DNA of 64,000 bases, taken from contig VRMN01000002.1 in assembly GCA_008690995.1 (NCBI GenBank), positions 620,001 through 684,000 on the forward strand, in the 5' to 3' direction. The notes beneath the pieces were generated by a model that searched no databases, was not told the DNA's origin, and saw only the letters and a list, made by a program, of their open reading frames with translations. Source of the stretch: Porphyridium purpureum. Its lineage: Eukaryota. How positions within the stretch are numbered: position 1 is the stretch's first letter; every line of letters starts with the position of its first letter. Positions 50,249-60,233 of the stretch are shown here, piece by piece. Made by a program: the position numbers and the translations under genes.

Positions 50249-50487
50249 ACGTGGACTTGAGCGTGCTCGCAAGCGGCAACGTCAAGTTCTTGCCGCCCTC
50301 CGTGTCGAGATCAGCGATGAACCCTAGACTGAAAAGTCCCTGCCGATGAGGAGGGAAGTGGGCCAGACAGAAGCGCCTCGATCAAAGCACGGCAGTGCGC
50401 GCCTGTCAAGAGACGGCGCACGTTCAAGCTGGCAATCGCGCGCTCTGGGCGACCTGTCGAGGACATGCTCATAAGTAAGATTGTTGA

Positions 50488-51879
50488 ATGATGGACGATG
50501 TCGTGAAGGTGGAAAGAATTTGCGCGGCTTCAAGCGACGAGCTTGCGGCGCGAATACAGAAAAGAGTGTTCCCGCATTGGTCCTCGCTTGAACGCGCCGA
50601 GCTTCTTGTGTCAGTTCCAAGTCAAAGCACCGTACTGCACATGTTAGTGTCTGAGGTAGACAGAGAAACGAAAAAGAATGTGGCGGAAGCGATTCTGGAG
50701 CACGCGGAAGAGGAGGAACGGCACCAGCGTCTAGATCCAATACAAGAGCAGGAGTTTCTAAATGCACAGAGCTATACGTATGTTCGCCTTCCGCTTCGAG
50801 CATTACTGAATGAAGAGTTTCTGAGAAAGCAAGGCGTGCTGTCGCATCCGACGGGGAAAGGGGAAAAGGAGGAGGCTGGATTTCAATCCTCACTCAAACG
50901 TGATGCGGAGGAGCATGACAGAAGACAAGATCAAGGCTTGACGGAGAAGCGACTAGGCCATGACCTTCGGAATCCTTCTACTTTCGAAATGATAGGATTG
51001 AACTGCAGCATCGATAGGCACAATGCATTCATGATCACAAAACAAAGACAGCTGCACATGTCACTGACTGAAGACACGTATCGAGAGCTCGGCGTCGAGG
51101 CTTGCGTAGCTCGGCCGCACCCGAAACGAATGAAGGCTTTCGAGCCCGAGTCACGGTATGTGGCTTGCGTGAATTTGAACAGTAAGCGATTTGGAAAGAA
51201 GCATCCCGGGTACGAGAGATTGCACTGGGCGCTGGCGAAGGAACGCGAGGCGGCCGAGCTCGTTGATGTACTCATGTGTTCCGGAAATGGACCCATAGAT
51301 CTGGAGAGCGTTGAGTATGCGTGCGCCGAGCAGCGGCTACTTCAGCGCACGAACAAGAGTTTCACAAATGTTCTTCAATTTAACGTGCCTGGCTTTCTCG
51401 AATGCACGCTGAGTCCTCGGACTGCTGAACAAGGCGCTACGGCTTGCGAAGATTTTTTCACGTATCTTGGTCTGGTGCTTGGTGACGTCACGTTTCTGAA
51501 TTCGAACGTGACGAACGGTCTCTTTAATTCAGATTTGGCAAATGAAGATCAAGGATCTGCAGATGTTTCTGTGCTGAGCTGGGAGGGTCTTATTAGTGAG
51601 CGTCATCTTGTTCATATGCTCATGGTAGCCAGGCGCTGCGTTTCACGCATTTGTGCGTCAGATGGGTTGAACAATGCTTTCGCTGCTATCATAGCAACCC
51701 CTCTGCTGCATGCGCCGCTCGCTCATTTGCCCTCCAGTCCGGAGCATGAATTCGCGACCCGGCCGTGCGATCGCGGAGGTGCGTTTGTCTTACACGGTCA
51801 AGATCCCCTTTCCGTGCTCGTGCTGGATGGCGATGGGACCCAAGCGATCCACCTTCAGATTGCAGGGCGCAACAAATAG
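50488..51879 (+). CDS. RPP40: RNase P/MRP protein subunit RPP40
   Basis: IDRHNAFMI...QLHMSLTEDTYRELG...YVACVNL...YERLHWAL, WEGLI, APLAH match the RPP40 pattern. Confidence 0.8.
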   Translation: MMDDVVKVERICAASSDELAARIQKRVFPHWSSLERAELLVSVPSQSTVLHMLVSEVDRETKKNVAEAILEHAEEEERHQRLDPIQEQEFLNAQSYTYVRLPLRALLNEEFLRKQGVLSHPTGKGEKEEAGFQSSLKRDAEEHDRRQDQGLTEKRLGHDLRNPSTFEMIGLNCSIDRHNAFMITKQRQLHMSLTEDTYRELGVEACVARPHPKRMKAFEPESRYVACVNLNSKRFGKKHPGYERLHWALAKEREAAELVDVLMCSGNGPIDLESVEYACAEQRLLQRTNKSFTNVLQFNVPGFLECTLSPRTAEQGATACEDFFTYLGLVLGDVTFLNSNVTNGLFNSDLANEDQGSADVSVLSWEGLISERHLVHMLMVARRCVSRICASDGLNNAFAAIIATPLLHAPLAHLPSSPEHEFATRPCDRGGAFVLHGQDPLSVLVLDGDGTQAIHLQIAGRNK

Positions 51880-51951
51880 GCTTGAGATCTTGCGAATAAA
51901 CCATGCAGGAAAGGAAAGATAAGATGTGCACGAAACGACGGGAGACCTGAA

Positions 51952-53274
51952 TCAAATACGTCCGGTGAGCAAGTCTTCAATCGCTCCTTGGGGTCCCCTG
52001 TACCAAAAGATAGAGCGGTCTCCTAGCGGCTGCTGCGGACGAAGGTTGTAAGGATATTGTAGAATACCCTGCAGCCATTCAATCTGGTCCAGACTAGCGA
52101 TTTGCACCGAGTCTGACAAAAACCACAGCGCATTCGGAGTACAGGGAGGCTTAGTCAACGAGCTGGTTGAAACCAAGAATCCAGAAAACAGATTGTAAAG
52201 CGCATTGATCTGAATATTCTCGACGACTGTGCCAGGATTCTGAAGCACGCTCCACCACATCGGATTAAGAGCCGTGTTATTCACAACTTCGCTCTCCTGG
52301 TATAGAACATTCAAAAGTGCGTACCTAGGCGCCTTGTCGTCGTCAAAGTCACCAAGCGTCGGGGCCACATGGACCAACTCCAACTCTAGCGGAGAAAAAA
52401 TGCCGCTGATCGATGATTGGGAGCGGCTATGAAGCGCTATGGTGTCCAAGAAATAGTCTTGGTCCTGCCAGCGGAGATAGCCACAGGAGCGCGATTCCTG
52501 GCACGTGAATAGAGGCAGACCATTTGACCGCGAGTAAACAAACGTGCCCGTAGAGTGGAAGAAAATGCTCTGAAGACCGAGATCCGAATTGGTTGCATCA
52601 CTACTTCCAAGCCGAACTTGACTCAAGTCCACGTCAAATGGGCCCTGCAGTGTCCCAAGTCCGGAGCAGAATGTATAGTCGGACGAGATATTTCGCCACA
52701 GGGTCGGTTGCGTGCTGTATCCGTTGTATGACCAGGACGACTTATTCAGCCCCAAAGGCTTTGCCAAGTAAATCATAAATGGAATGTAAAAGGCAACAAA
52801 TAAGATCCATCCTACGAGCCCAACAATTGTGATCACCCACCACCGCTTTCTCTCCTCGTCAGAGAACTTGACGATGGATGGATCAAGAAAGAACCCGGCC
52901 TCATCTTCATCGACTAGCTCTGCTTCTGAATCTGCGTCACTATCCATCTCTGTGTCCATCAGATTCCGGACCAAGTCCACTTGCGCAGTCGACGTCATCG
53001 AATTGAGAGTAATTTCTTGCACTTCCTTGTGCGCTGCGGAATCAACCCATGCCGCTTTCCCGCCTTCGCCGACCTCGCCCGGCTGGTACGCCGCAAAGCC
53101 CGACGACGCGGCTTTCTGGACATCCGGGTGTCCGCCCGGCGAAACCTGCACAACATCGTCCTCGTCCTTCTCCATCTTTATCTGCCGTTGCAAGTGCAAA
53201 CGGCTTTGCAGCGTCCGCGTCGTTTGCGCCCCCTCCGTTGCGAGCGCGGGTACTCCGTGGCCGACTCGCGACAT
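51952..53274 (-). CDS. Type II membrane alpha-carbonic-anhydrase-like protein, probably acatalytic
   Basis: TM segment, then WSYNG..PTLW..C..QGPFDV, TIALHSRSQSSISG..PLELELVH, SSLTKPPCT..ALW, NLRPQQPLGDR. Confidence 0.85.
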   Translation of the reverse strand: MSRVGHGVPALATEGAQTTRTLQSRLHLQRQIKMEKDEDDVVQVSPGGHPDVQKAASSGFAAYQPGEVGEGGKAAWVDSAAHKEVQEITLNSMTSTAQVDLVRNLMDTEMDSDADSEAELVDEDEAGFFLDPSIVKFSDEERKRWWVITIVGLVGWILFVAFYIPFMIYLAKPLGLNKSSWSYNGYSTQPTLWRNISSDYTFCSGLGTLQGPFDVDLSQVRLGSSDATNSDLGLQSIFFHSTGTFVYSRSNGLPLFTCQESRSCGYLRWQDQDYFLDTIALHSRSQSSISGIFSPLELELVHVAPTLGDFDDDKAPRYALLNVLYQESEVVNNTALNPMWWSVLQNPGTVVENIQINALYNLFSGFLVSTSSLTKPPCTPNALWFLSDSVQIASLDQIEWLQGILQYPYNLRPQQPLGDRSIFWYRGPQGAIEDLLTGRI

Positions 53275-53585
53275 TAAACCTTTTCAGTAACGGTTTAAGC
53301 GGTTTATCGCATGCTCTGGACGGACCGATCGTGTGCTCCATATCGCGTGCCGAAGCTCGACGGACGCGCGGCCTACATGCGACTCGCATGTTGCATTGTT
53401 CAACCTACGAGAAGACCGGTCAGCGCGCCATGCAGTCGTTCTGAACCAAGTGGTCTCGGCCAAAGCTCTGACTCGTTCAAGCGCTTTTTCTTTAATAATT
53501 GCGAGACCTCCTCCGCCCTGGAGATGGGGAGGTCTCGTCGAGGTAGAAGCGAAAGCGGCAAACGAAGCACACCGCCCGCAGCGGC

Positions 53586-56189
53586 CTACTTCTTCTTTTG
53601 AGGGACCTTAGAGGTTGCTTTCTTACTGCTGCTGCTTGATGAGGACTTGGACGCGTCCTTTTTCGGTGGTGAAGCCGATTTGCTCGGCGCTCTGGCACTC
53701 GGAACCGCTTTGGCTGGGGCCACGGCAGGTTTTTGGGACGGAACAACCGCTGCGACCTTCTTAGGCGGGATGTAGGCCTCCTTGGTGACATTATCCGAGT
53801 CCACGAGTCCAATCACCGCGTATGGCTGGTGGCGTGCTTTGACCTCCGCGCGAACTGAGCATGTCTCAAGCACGCGTGAAAAGTCGCACAGGCGGCCTGT
53901 ACCCGTCCAGAACCAGTGGCCGTATTTTTGCGCACGCTCAATTTTGTTCTGCACACCCACGATCCAGTTATTCTGAATTGAAATGGGCTGCTTCGACACC
54001 ACACTCGTGTACTTGCCCGGCGTGTACCACATACCATCCACAAACAAGTCGCGGTCTAGCTGAATGAGCTTGAGTGCGAAAATAAAGCGCGCGGCAGAGA
54101 ATGCCATCAGGTGACTGAGCAGATTCTGATCCTGCTCAATGCCACCTACAAAAGTGTCCGGTTCCACGTTGGCACAGCAATTGTTGTATGAAATCTGGAA
54201 GCGGTGAGTGATCTCGTCCCACAGGGCGCGCGTGCGCATGTTGGGCCGAAGAACTAAAAAATTGCCTTGCAGCTCGCCACTGCCAGACTTACTATAACCC
54301 CGGGTCACGAGCATATCCCAGCCGCCAGCAGGAATGCGCTGGCTCATGTATAGCCACGGATCGCGAAGCCATACCTGATCCAGATCGAAAAGAAAGACCT
54401 GGATGTCGCGTTTGAGTAGCTCATTTACAAGCTGTGTCCGGCTAAGCATAAATGACCAGTAGCCTGCCATCTTGTACTCGTTCCCTCGACCCTCAGCACC
54501 TGATAGGTTTGGGAAGAACAAAACCCGTGTCCTCGGGATATCATGAAGCATATCGCGCGCGCGTGCATCATTTGTGACAAACAGGATGGGACCGGGAGGC
54601 CAGTAGTCAGCTACCTTGACATTGCACATGAAGCTGTACGCGAACGGAAGAAAAGCCTCGTTGATGACCGTCAGCGAAATCGAGTCATCGTGTTCGCGTG
54701 CCATTTGGATGAGCGCGTCTAACTCGCTTGCATGCATTTTGTAAAATTCACTCGCTGTGTCTTGTACGGTGCCGTCCCAGTCCAGAAACTGGGCATTTTT
54801 TTCCAAACTGTCTTGGTGCGAAGTGTTGTTCTCAGGATCCAAAAGGAAGACAAAAAGTCGAAAGTCAGACATGAAGCGTGACATCCACGTGACAAATTCG
54901 GTGGTTAGTGGTCGTATTTCTCTACCTTTGCACTTTCCTCGAGAGTTCCATACCTTCGACAAAAGTGTTCGGTTCGGGAGGCCCGCAACCCACTTGTCAT
55001 CAGCGTAAAGCGGGTCCAAACCTGCACGCTGAATGCAGTACTCCTCATTCCGCCTGCGACGGGTCAGGTACTCGCCGGGAAGATGAGGCAAGTGGGGATC
55101 AAAGTCCTCAAAGCGTTGATTGTTCGAAGTTTCTGCGTGGTAGCGAACCATGTCCAACATCTTGTCCGCGGAAAAAAGCGCCGGCCCTGTATCAAAACAA
55201 CGAGCAAGCCGAGGCCCGCTGACACCGCCATGCGCAGCGCACGAGTGAACTCGTACTGCGAGGATGTCCGGTTTGGACAGTACATAATGTGAAATCCGTA
55301 CCAGCTTGTCCAGTTTGCCAGCGATAGCCGGGAAGTCTGTGTCAGCATCTGCAAAGACCAATAAAAAGTGTGCGTGGGATCGCGTTGCTCCTTTGATTAG
55401 CTCAAAAAATTCTGTCAGAGACTTCTTCCCGGGTCGTTTCAGCTCTGTCAGCGTAAATGTGCCAACTGTCCAGCTCTGAGCAAGTTTAGATGTCAATTTC
55501 TTGAGTTGTGCACGTGTCATTTGCCCTGGATCATAGTAAAGCAAAAAATCTACTTCATGCATGGACTCATGCTCTTGCACATGATCGCTTTCCTCGCTCT
55601 CGCCGTTCTGCTTCTCTGTCGAACGACGTCCAGCCAATTTTTCATTCAGAATGCGGTTCGTTTCTTTCAGCTGCTCACACAGCTGATCGAACGACAGTGT
55701 CACCGCTGGAGCCGAGCCTTTTCTGTCGGTCAGATTTTGACTCGATGGCGACATGGCCGCATCACTCCATACGGCAACAATGAGTGCGTGGCCAGTTTGC
55801 CCCGCGCGCTGAGACGAGTGCGATAATGCCTCAATCAGCGAGGCCTGTTCCAGCTCGCCCAGCTCGGAGTCCTTGACGATGAAGCTCTCAGAGGAGATGA
55901 CGAACGAGCCACTGCTGAAAGATATAATCGGAGTCAGATGCAACACGTTTACGAGCTGCATGGCGACGAACAACAAGACCACGGCGACCGCGCCAGTCAC
56001 CTTGATCAGGCGGCGGAACCACGGCTTCTGCACCCATGCTGAGCGGCACTGCGCGACCACCCGCTTGTACGCACTGGCGCCCGCAGGTCGCGCCATCCGC
56101 CTGATACCTCGCGACGGCCGTGCGCGGCCTCGATCCACTTGCAGACCAACCCACACCGCGCTCTCACCCCTGCTGCGCTCCCCGCTCAT
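53586..56189 (-). CDS. Type II membrane glycosyltransferase with a C-terminal nucleotide-diphospho-sugar transferase (GT77-like) domain
   Basis: TM segment; INEAFLPFAYSFMCN, YWSFMLSRT..VNELL, FLFDLDQVWLRDP (DxD), DQNLL, LDRDLFVDG, QNNWIVGVQNKIER. Start 56189 or 56096. Confidence 0.85.
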   Translation of the reverse strand: MSGERSRGESAVWVGLQVDRGRARPSRGIRRMARPAGASAYKRVVAQCRSAWVQKPWFRRLIKVTGAVAVVLLFVAMQLVNVLHLTPIISFSSGSFVISSESFIVKDSELGELEQASLIEALSHSSQRAGQTGHALIVAVWSDAAMSPSSQNLTDRKGSAPAVTLSFDQLCEQLKETNRILNEKLAGRRSTEKQNGESEESDHVQEHESMHEVDFLLYYDPGQMTRAQLKKLTSKLAQSWTVGTFTLTELKRPGKKSLTEFFELIKGATRSHAHFLLVFADADTDFPAIAGKLDKLVRISHYVLSKPDILAVRVHSCAAHGGVSGPRLARCFDTGPALFSADKMLDMVRYHAETSNNQRFEDFDPHLPHLPGEYLTRRRRNEEYCIQRAGLDPLYADDKWVAGLPNRTLLSKVWNSRGKCKGREIRPLTTEFVTWMSRFMSDFRLFVFLLDPENNTSHQDSLEKNAQFLDWDGTVQDTASEFYKMHASELDALIQMAREHDDSISLTVINEAFLPFAYSFMCNVKVADYWPPGPILFVTNDARARDMLHDIPRTRVLFFPNLSGAEGRGNEYKMAGYWSFMLSRTQLVNELLKRDIQVFLFDLDQVWLRDPWLYMSQRIPAGGWDMLVTRGYSKSGSGELQGNFLVLRPNMRTRALWDEITHRFQISYNNCCANVEPDTFVGGIEQDQNLLSHLMAFSAARFIFALKLIQLDRDLFVDGMWYTPGKYTSVVSKQPISIQNNWIVGVQNKIERAQKYGHWFWTGTGRLCDFSRVLETCSVRAEVKARHQPYAVIGLVDSDNVTKEAYIPPKKVAAVVPSQKPAVAPAKAVPSARAPSKSASPPKKDASKSSSSSSSKKATSKVPQKKK

Positions 56190-56591
56190 TAATTAATGCA
56201 ACGCGAACATTAGAAAAAAGGAAATCCGCGTCCCCGCGCCCGATCGCGAGAAAGCGCGAAAGTGTCTAGTAAAACAGCCGGATTTCATATGCGAGAAAGC
56301 CTCCCACGGGCCTCTATTGTGAAACGCGGCGTTTTTGGTCAGGCAAGACTGGTGAAAAGAGAAAGGGCGAGAGGGAGAGAGAGAGAGAGAGGGGTGGGAG
56401 AGAAACGGGAGAGAAGAGGGAGCAAGGCTGCTGGCGCCGCGCGGATAGAGGAGCAAGAAGAAAGTGGTGCTGTGTTTGCACGCCGCCGCACAGGAGATTG
56501 GTTTCAGCAGAGCCCTGCGGTTTGTGCGCTTCCCTGGTCTCCGGGCCGCAGAGGTTGCTGCCGGGGGCGGACGACGCGTCGTCCCGCCAGG

Positions 56592-59500
56592 ATGCAAGAT
56601 CGCTCGCGTCGGCCTGGTTTCGCGGGAAGGACCGGGCCGAACTCAGGGGTCGTTGCGCAGCCTTTCCAGCTGCCGTCGATTCGGAAAGAGATCAGCGCGT
56701 CGAGCAGCGCGGCGTCGGCCGCTGCGGGCTCGAAAGCCGCAGGGTCTAAAGGGCTGGCGAATGGCCCAAACGGCGGGATTGGCGATTCGAAACCAGCAGC
56801 AGATGCCTCGTGGGCCGCGTTGGCAGCGCGCGGCCTTCCGGTGTCTGTTCAGCCTGTCAAAAATGTGTCGCAGTATCCCCCACATGCCGAAAGCACCTGG
56901 AGCGGAAATGACGATGTCGTAGACGAAATCACGGAAAAGGATGTGCGTGAGCCTGAGCTTCATTCGAAGGCTGATTCAGCACTCGATGCTGAAAGCGTCT
57001 CGTCCAAAACAACGAGCAGCCGCGCCGCTACCGAAGCGGTCGCGTTTAAAGCTCCTGAGTTGTTGCCGACTGCGCAGACAGACGCAAAGTTAGGTGGCGC
57101 CGGGACCGTGGACTGGGCAGACATTGGCAATGATGAAGATGACGATGATGAAGAGGACGAGGAAGCAGAACCAGAGACGCAGATTATGCCAGCAGCGGCG
57201 TCAGCGAGCGGGCCTGCGCGCACGTTAATAGCACCGGCGCCCGCACAGAACCCATGGCGCCGCGGGAACGAGCTACCACCGGCGCCTGTTCCCAGTGAAC
57301 ATGTGCCTGCTTTCCAAGGACCAAGCAATGATGTACGCGGACATCTCAGTGGTGGTAGCGGCGTCAAGAACACGCGGGATGTACGAGCCGTGCATCCTTC
57401 CCTAGCCCAAGAAGGACCAGAGGCAGTGCCCGCGATTGTGTCCTCGCAGCACACTGCAGTTCCAGAGAGTGTGTACGACTATGACCATGAAGAATTTGTG
57501 CGGCGAGCGGCTGATGCTGCGAAGCGACGACGACAGGAAGAAGCAGAGAGAGAACGGCTACAGAGAGAAGCTGCTGATAGGAAACTAGCTGAACTGGAAC
57601 GCAATCTGAGTGGGAAAAATGCTTCTACTTCCGATGCGCCTGGGCGGGGTGCCATCTGGTCCCAGCCCTCTCATACTGACGGAGACAGCGCGGACCGAAA
57701 CACCTCATGGGGGGATCCGGAGTCTGTGTCGCGAGGTGAGTCCGTATCCGATAGACTGATCTCGCTTGGAAATATTGAAAATGTTCCGATGGGCAGCAGC
57801 AGCGCTGCGGCCGGCTCACCCTTGCATATAACCGTTTTGAAGAGAAAGGTAGACGCGCGCACAATCGAGAATGCGTCTGCAGAAAACGGCGAGACGGATT
57901 TACCATCGTTTTTGGTTGCCAGGAAGAACAGTTCTGGTCCTGGCCTTCGCAACCCGAATCCCGCAGTTTCGAAACGAGTTGGGAGGGATGGAAGGGCAAA
58001 GTCCGACTCCGTGTCAAGAGTTTCCGCTGCGGAGATGAGTGTCGGTGGAGCAGCATCGTCCACTTCGCGAGGAAGCAGGGACCAAGTGTCTGAATTGCGC
58101 AAGGGAGGTCATGGAAGCGAAAGCGTGCAGCAACGAAGAATCGACAGTGATAGAGCGGGTCGAACCTCTCGCGTTCCGCGAAAGGGGCCCAGCGATCGGA
58201 GCGTGCCTGCGAAGGATCGCCTGTCGTCCTCTGTGACACGAACGGACCCGCAAAGTATGGAAAGAGTGGCGAAAGACATGGAGAGCTCGTCTGAAGGGCC
58301 ATCAGCAATGGAAGCGATTAATCGAATAGCTGGTCTTTCCCTGGATGACAGTGGCAGCCGAAGCCTTCACGCCACGTCAGGCCGTGACCACTCTGATGTA
58401 GATAGCGAGAGCGCGGGTGTCAGCAGGGATATTAGCCGGTCGGCAGCAGCTGCTAGAAAGGCACCGAAACCAAGGACAGGAAACCGCAATGACACTTTGG
58501 ACAAGAACATGAAATTTGGAGCTCATGAGAAGCGCGGTGCGAAGGACGTGCACGAAGACAAGGGCAATCGTGTCGAACCGTATCATGATCGCGTGCCACG
58601 CGATCGTATGAAAGCATCGGCGCCAGGAGTCGGCTTCAAAACAGCTCCTGCGTCTGGTAAGAATCCACGTGCGGAAAGGCTTGAAAATTCAAACAGTGGT
58701 GTGAAGCTCGACGAATGCGAATCGAATCAGCATCACAGTGAAGACCTAGAACCGCAGGATCGCACGCGTCCTGTCCGTGGCGAACGTCGAAAAGACCTGA
58801 GTGCTGACCTAGGTGGTGCGAAGGTTCGCGACATTGGCGGCGCGCAGGGATCGGCAATCGTGAATACGTCCCGTTCGAAGACCAGAAAAGGCAAACCGGT
58901 GGAGGATAATCCGCCAAAGCCGCGGGACGAAGACGGAATGGCATCTGCGGGGCGTGCAAGCGGCGGCGAACGGACGAATGGAATGCCTTCGCGGCAACGC
59001 GGCGTTCCGATGCGAGGAGCAACAAGAGGAAGGGCGCGAGGCTCCTCGCGCAGTGCGCCGCGTGAAGCAAGGGCCGATGGGACGCTTCAAAGAACGAATG
59101 TTGACGTCGGTACGGACTATAACGGCCCCAAAGATGCCACTGCTCCGGTTGCGATCGGAGGTGGGACTTCGTTCCCTGCGGTGTCGACTTCTGACCAGCC
59201 TGACTCCAACTCAATCGTGCCGGATAGGCCGGCTCGCCCAAGTACAAGCGAAAATGCCGTGACGAAAGAGGCGCACCCAGACCGGCGTGAAATTGCGGTA
59301 GATGTGGCTGACGATATAGGCAGCTTTCGAAAACCTGTAGAAGGGTTCAAAAGGGGGAGTAAGAAAGCTCGAGGCATATCAACTCGAGAGAAAGGTCAAG
59401 CTATGACGAGCAAACCGGTCGGAGATCGCTATCGTCCCGTGGATCAGAGTTCGGCGACCACAAGCTCGCCTGTGCGTGCGCGTGGCGCGGATGACCGTTC

Positions 59501-59981
59501 TAAGGATTCTTGTGATGTTTTAAAGCAGGAAAGCTCACATGCAAACGTGGATATAAGTGAGGGTGCTTCGCATACATCGGAGCGACGTGGTGCCGCTGTG
59601 CAAGGAGGGCAAGGTGGCAGTAGAAATACCTCAGGCAGGCGAACGCGTGCTCAAATGAGCGCTGGTGGATGGTCCGCACCGGGAAGGCGACCTGTGCGCG
59701 GAAGCGGAGATAAGGACGAGCCGCGGGAGGCCTCCTCCCCTTCTGACACTGTATCTGGGCCTCCAACTACACAGAAGGACACAAAAGGTCTGCGCCAGGG
59801 CGACGACAAGTCAGACCGGAGACAGCAGCGCCCGCGACCCGCGTACGGCAATGGGAAAGGAAACACTGCGTCGGGAGCGCAGCCGCGTCCCAAGGCTTTC
59901 CGGGATGGGAAAAATCCATCTTCGAGCGCCCCTGAGACGCCGAATCTGCCTAAAAATGGGCCCGGCGAAGGCCAGGGATAA
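56592..59981 (+). CDS. Large disordered RG-rich protein, PRRC2/BAT2/MOS1-like
   Basis: QPFQLPSIRKE (BAT2_N-like PxxLPSxRxE), DWAD motif, AKRRRQEEAERERLQREAADRKLAELE coiled coil, RG/RGG-rich tail. Confidence 0.65.
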   Translation: MQDRSRRPGFAGRTGPNSGVVAQPFQLPSIRKEISASSSAASAAAGSKAAGSKGLANGPNGGIGDSKPAADASWAALAARGLPVSVQPVKNVSQYPPHAESTWSGNDDVVDEITEKDVREPELHSKADSALDAESVSSKTTSSRAATEAVAFKAPELLPTAQTDAKLGGAGTVDWADIGNDEDDDDEEDEEAEPETQIMPAAASASGPARTLIAPAPAQNPWRRGNELPPAPVPSEHVPAFQGPSNDVRGHLSGGSGVKNTRDVRAVHPSLAQEGPEAVPAIVSSQHTAVPESVYDYDHEEFVRRAADAAKRRRQEEAERERLQREAADRKLAELERNLSGKNASTSDAPGRGAIWSQPSHTDGDSADRNTSWGDPESVSRGESVSDRLISLGNIENVPMGSSSAAAGSPLHITVLKRKVDARTIENASAENGETDLPSFLVARKNSSGPGLRNPNPAVSKRVGRDGRAKSDSVSRVSAAEMSVGGAASSTSRGSRDQVSELRKGGHGSESVQQRRIDSDRAGRTSRVPRKGPSDRSVPAKDRLSSSVTRTDPQSMERVAKDMESSSEGPSAMEAINRIAGLSLDDSGSRSLHATSGRDHSDVDSESAGVSRDISRSAAAARKAPKPRTGNRNDTLDKNMKFGAHEKRGAKDVHEDKGNRVEPYHDRVPRDRMKASAPGVGFKTAPASGKNPRAERLENSNSGVKLDECESNQHHSEDLEPQDRTRPVRGERRKDLSADLGGAKVRDIGGAQGSAIVNTSRSKTRKGKPVEDNPPKPRDEDGMASAGRASGGERTNGMPSRQRGVPMRGATRGRARGSSRSAPREARADGTLQRTNVDVGTDYNGPKDATAPVAIGGGTSFPAVSTSDQPDSNSIVPDRPARPSTSENAVTKEAHPDRREIAVDVADDIGSFRKPVEGFKRGSKKARGISTREKGQAMTSKPVGDRYRPVDQSSATTSSPVRARGADDRSKDSCDVLKQESSHANVDISEGASHTSERRGAAVQGGQGGSRNTSGRRTRAQMSAGGWSAPGRRPVRGSGDKDEPREASSPSDTVSGPPTTQKDTKGLRQGDDKSDRRQQRPRPAYGNGKGNTASGAQPRPKAFRDGKNPSSSAPETPNLPKNGPGEGQG

Positions 59982-60233
59982 GAGCGAGGATGGCGTTGGA
60001 AGCCACTCTCAGGGCAACCCGAGATCGGGCGTTGGACTTTTACTGTCAGAAGTGTTGTCTCTACGTTGGGTTTGTTACGATGTGCAGGAAGAACCCCTGA
60101 TGTGAGCGGAAACATGTGCAAGAAGTGCGACCTCATACGCGTGGGTTACTGTACAATAGTTATTGCTTTATTCAAGACGCACTCATTAAAGCGTGAGTCG
60201 CTGGCATGCGCAAAGCATGCGGCTTGAAAGGCA

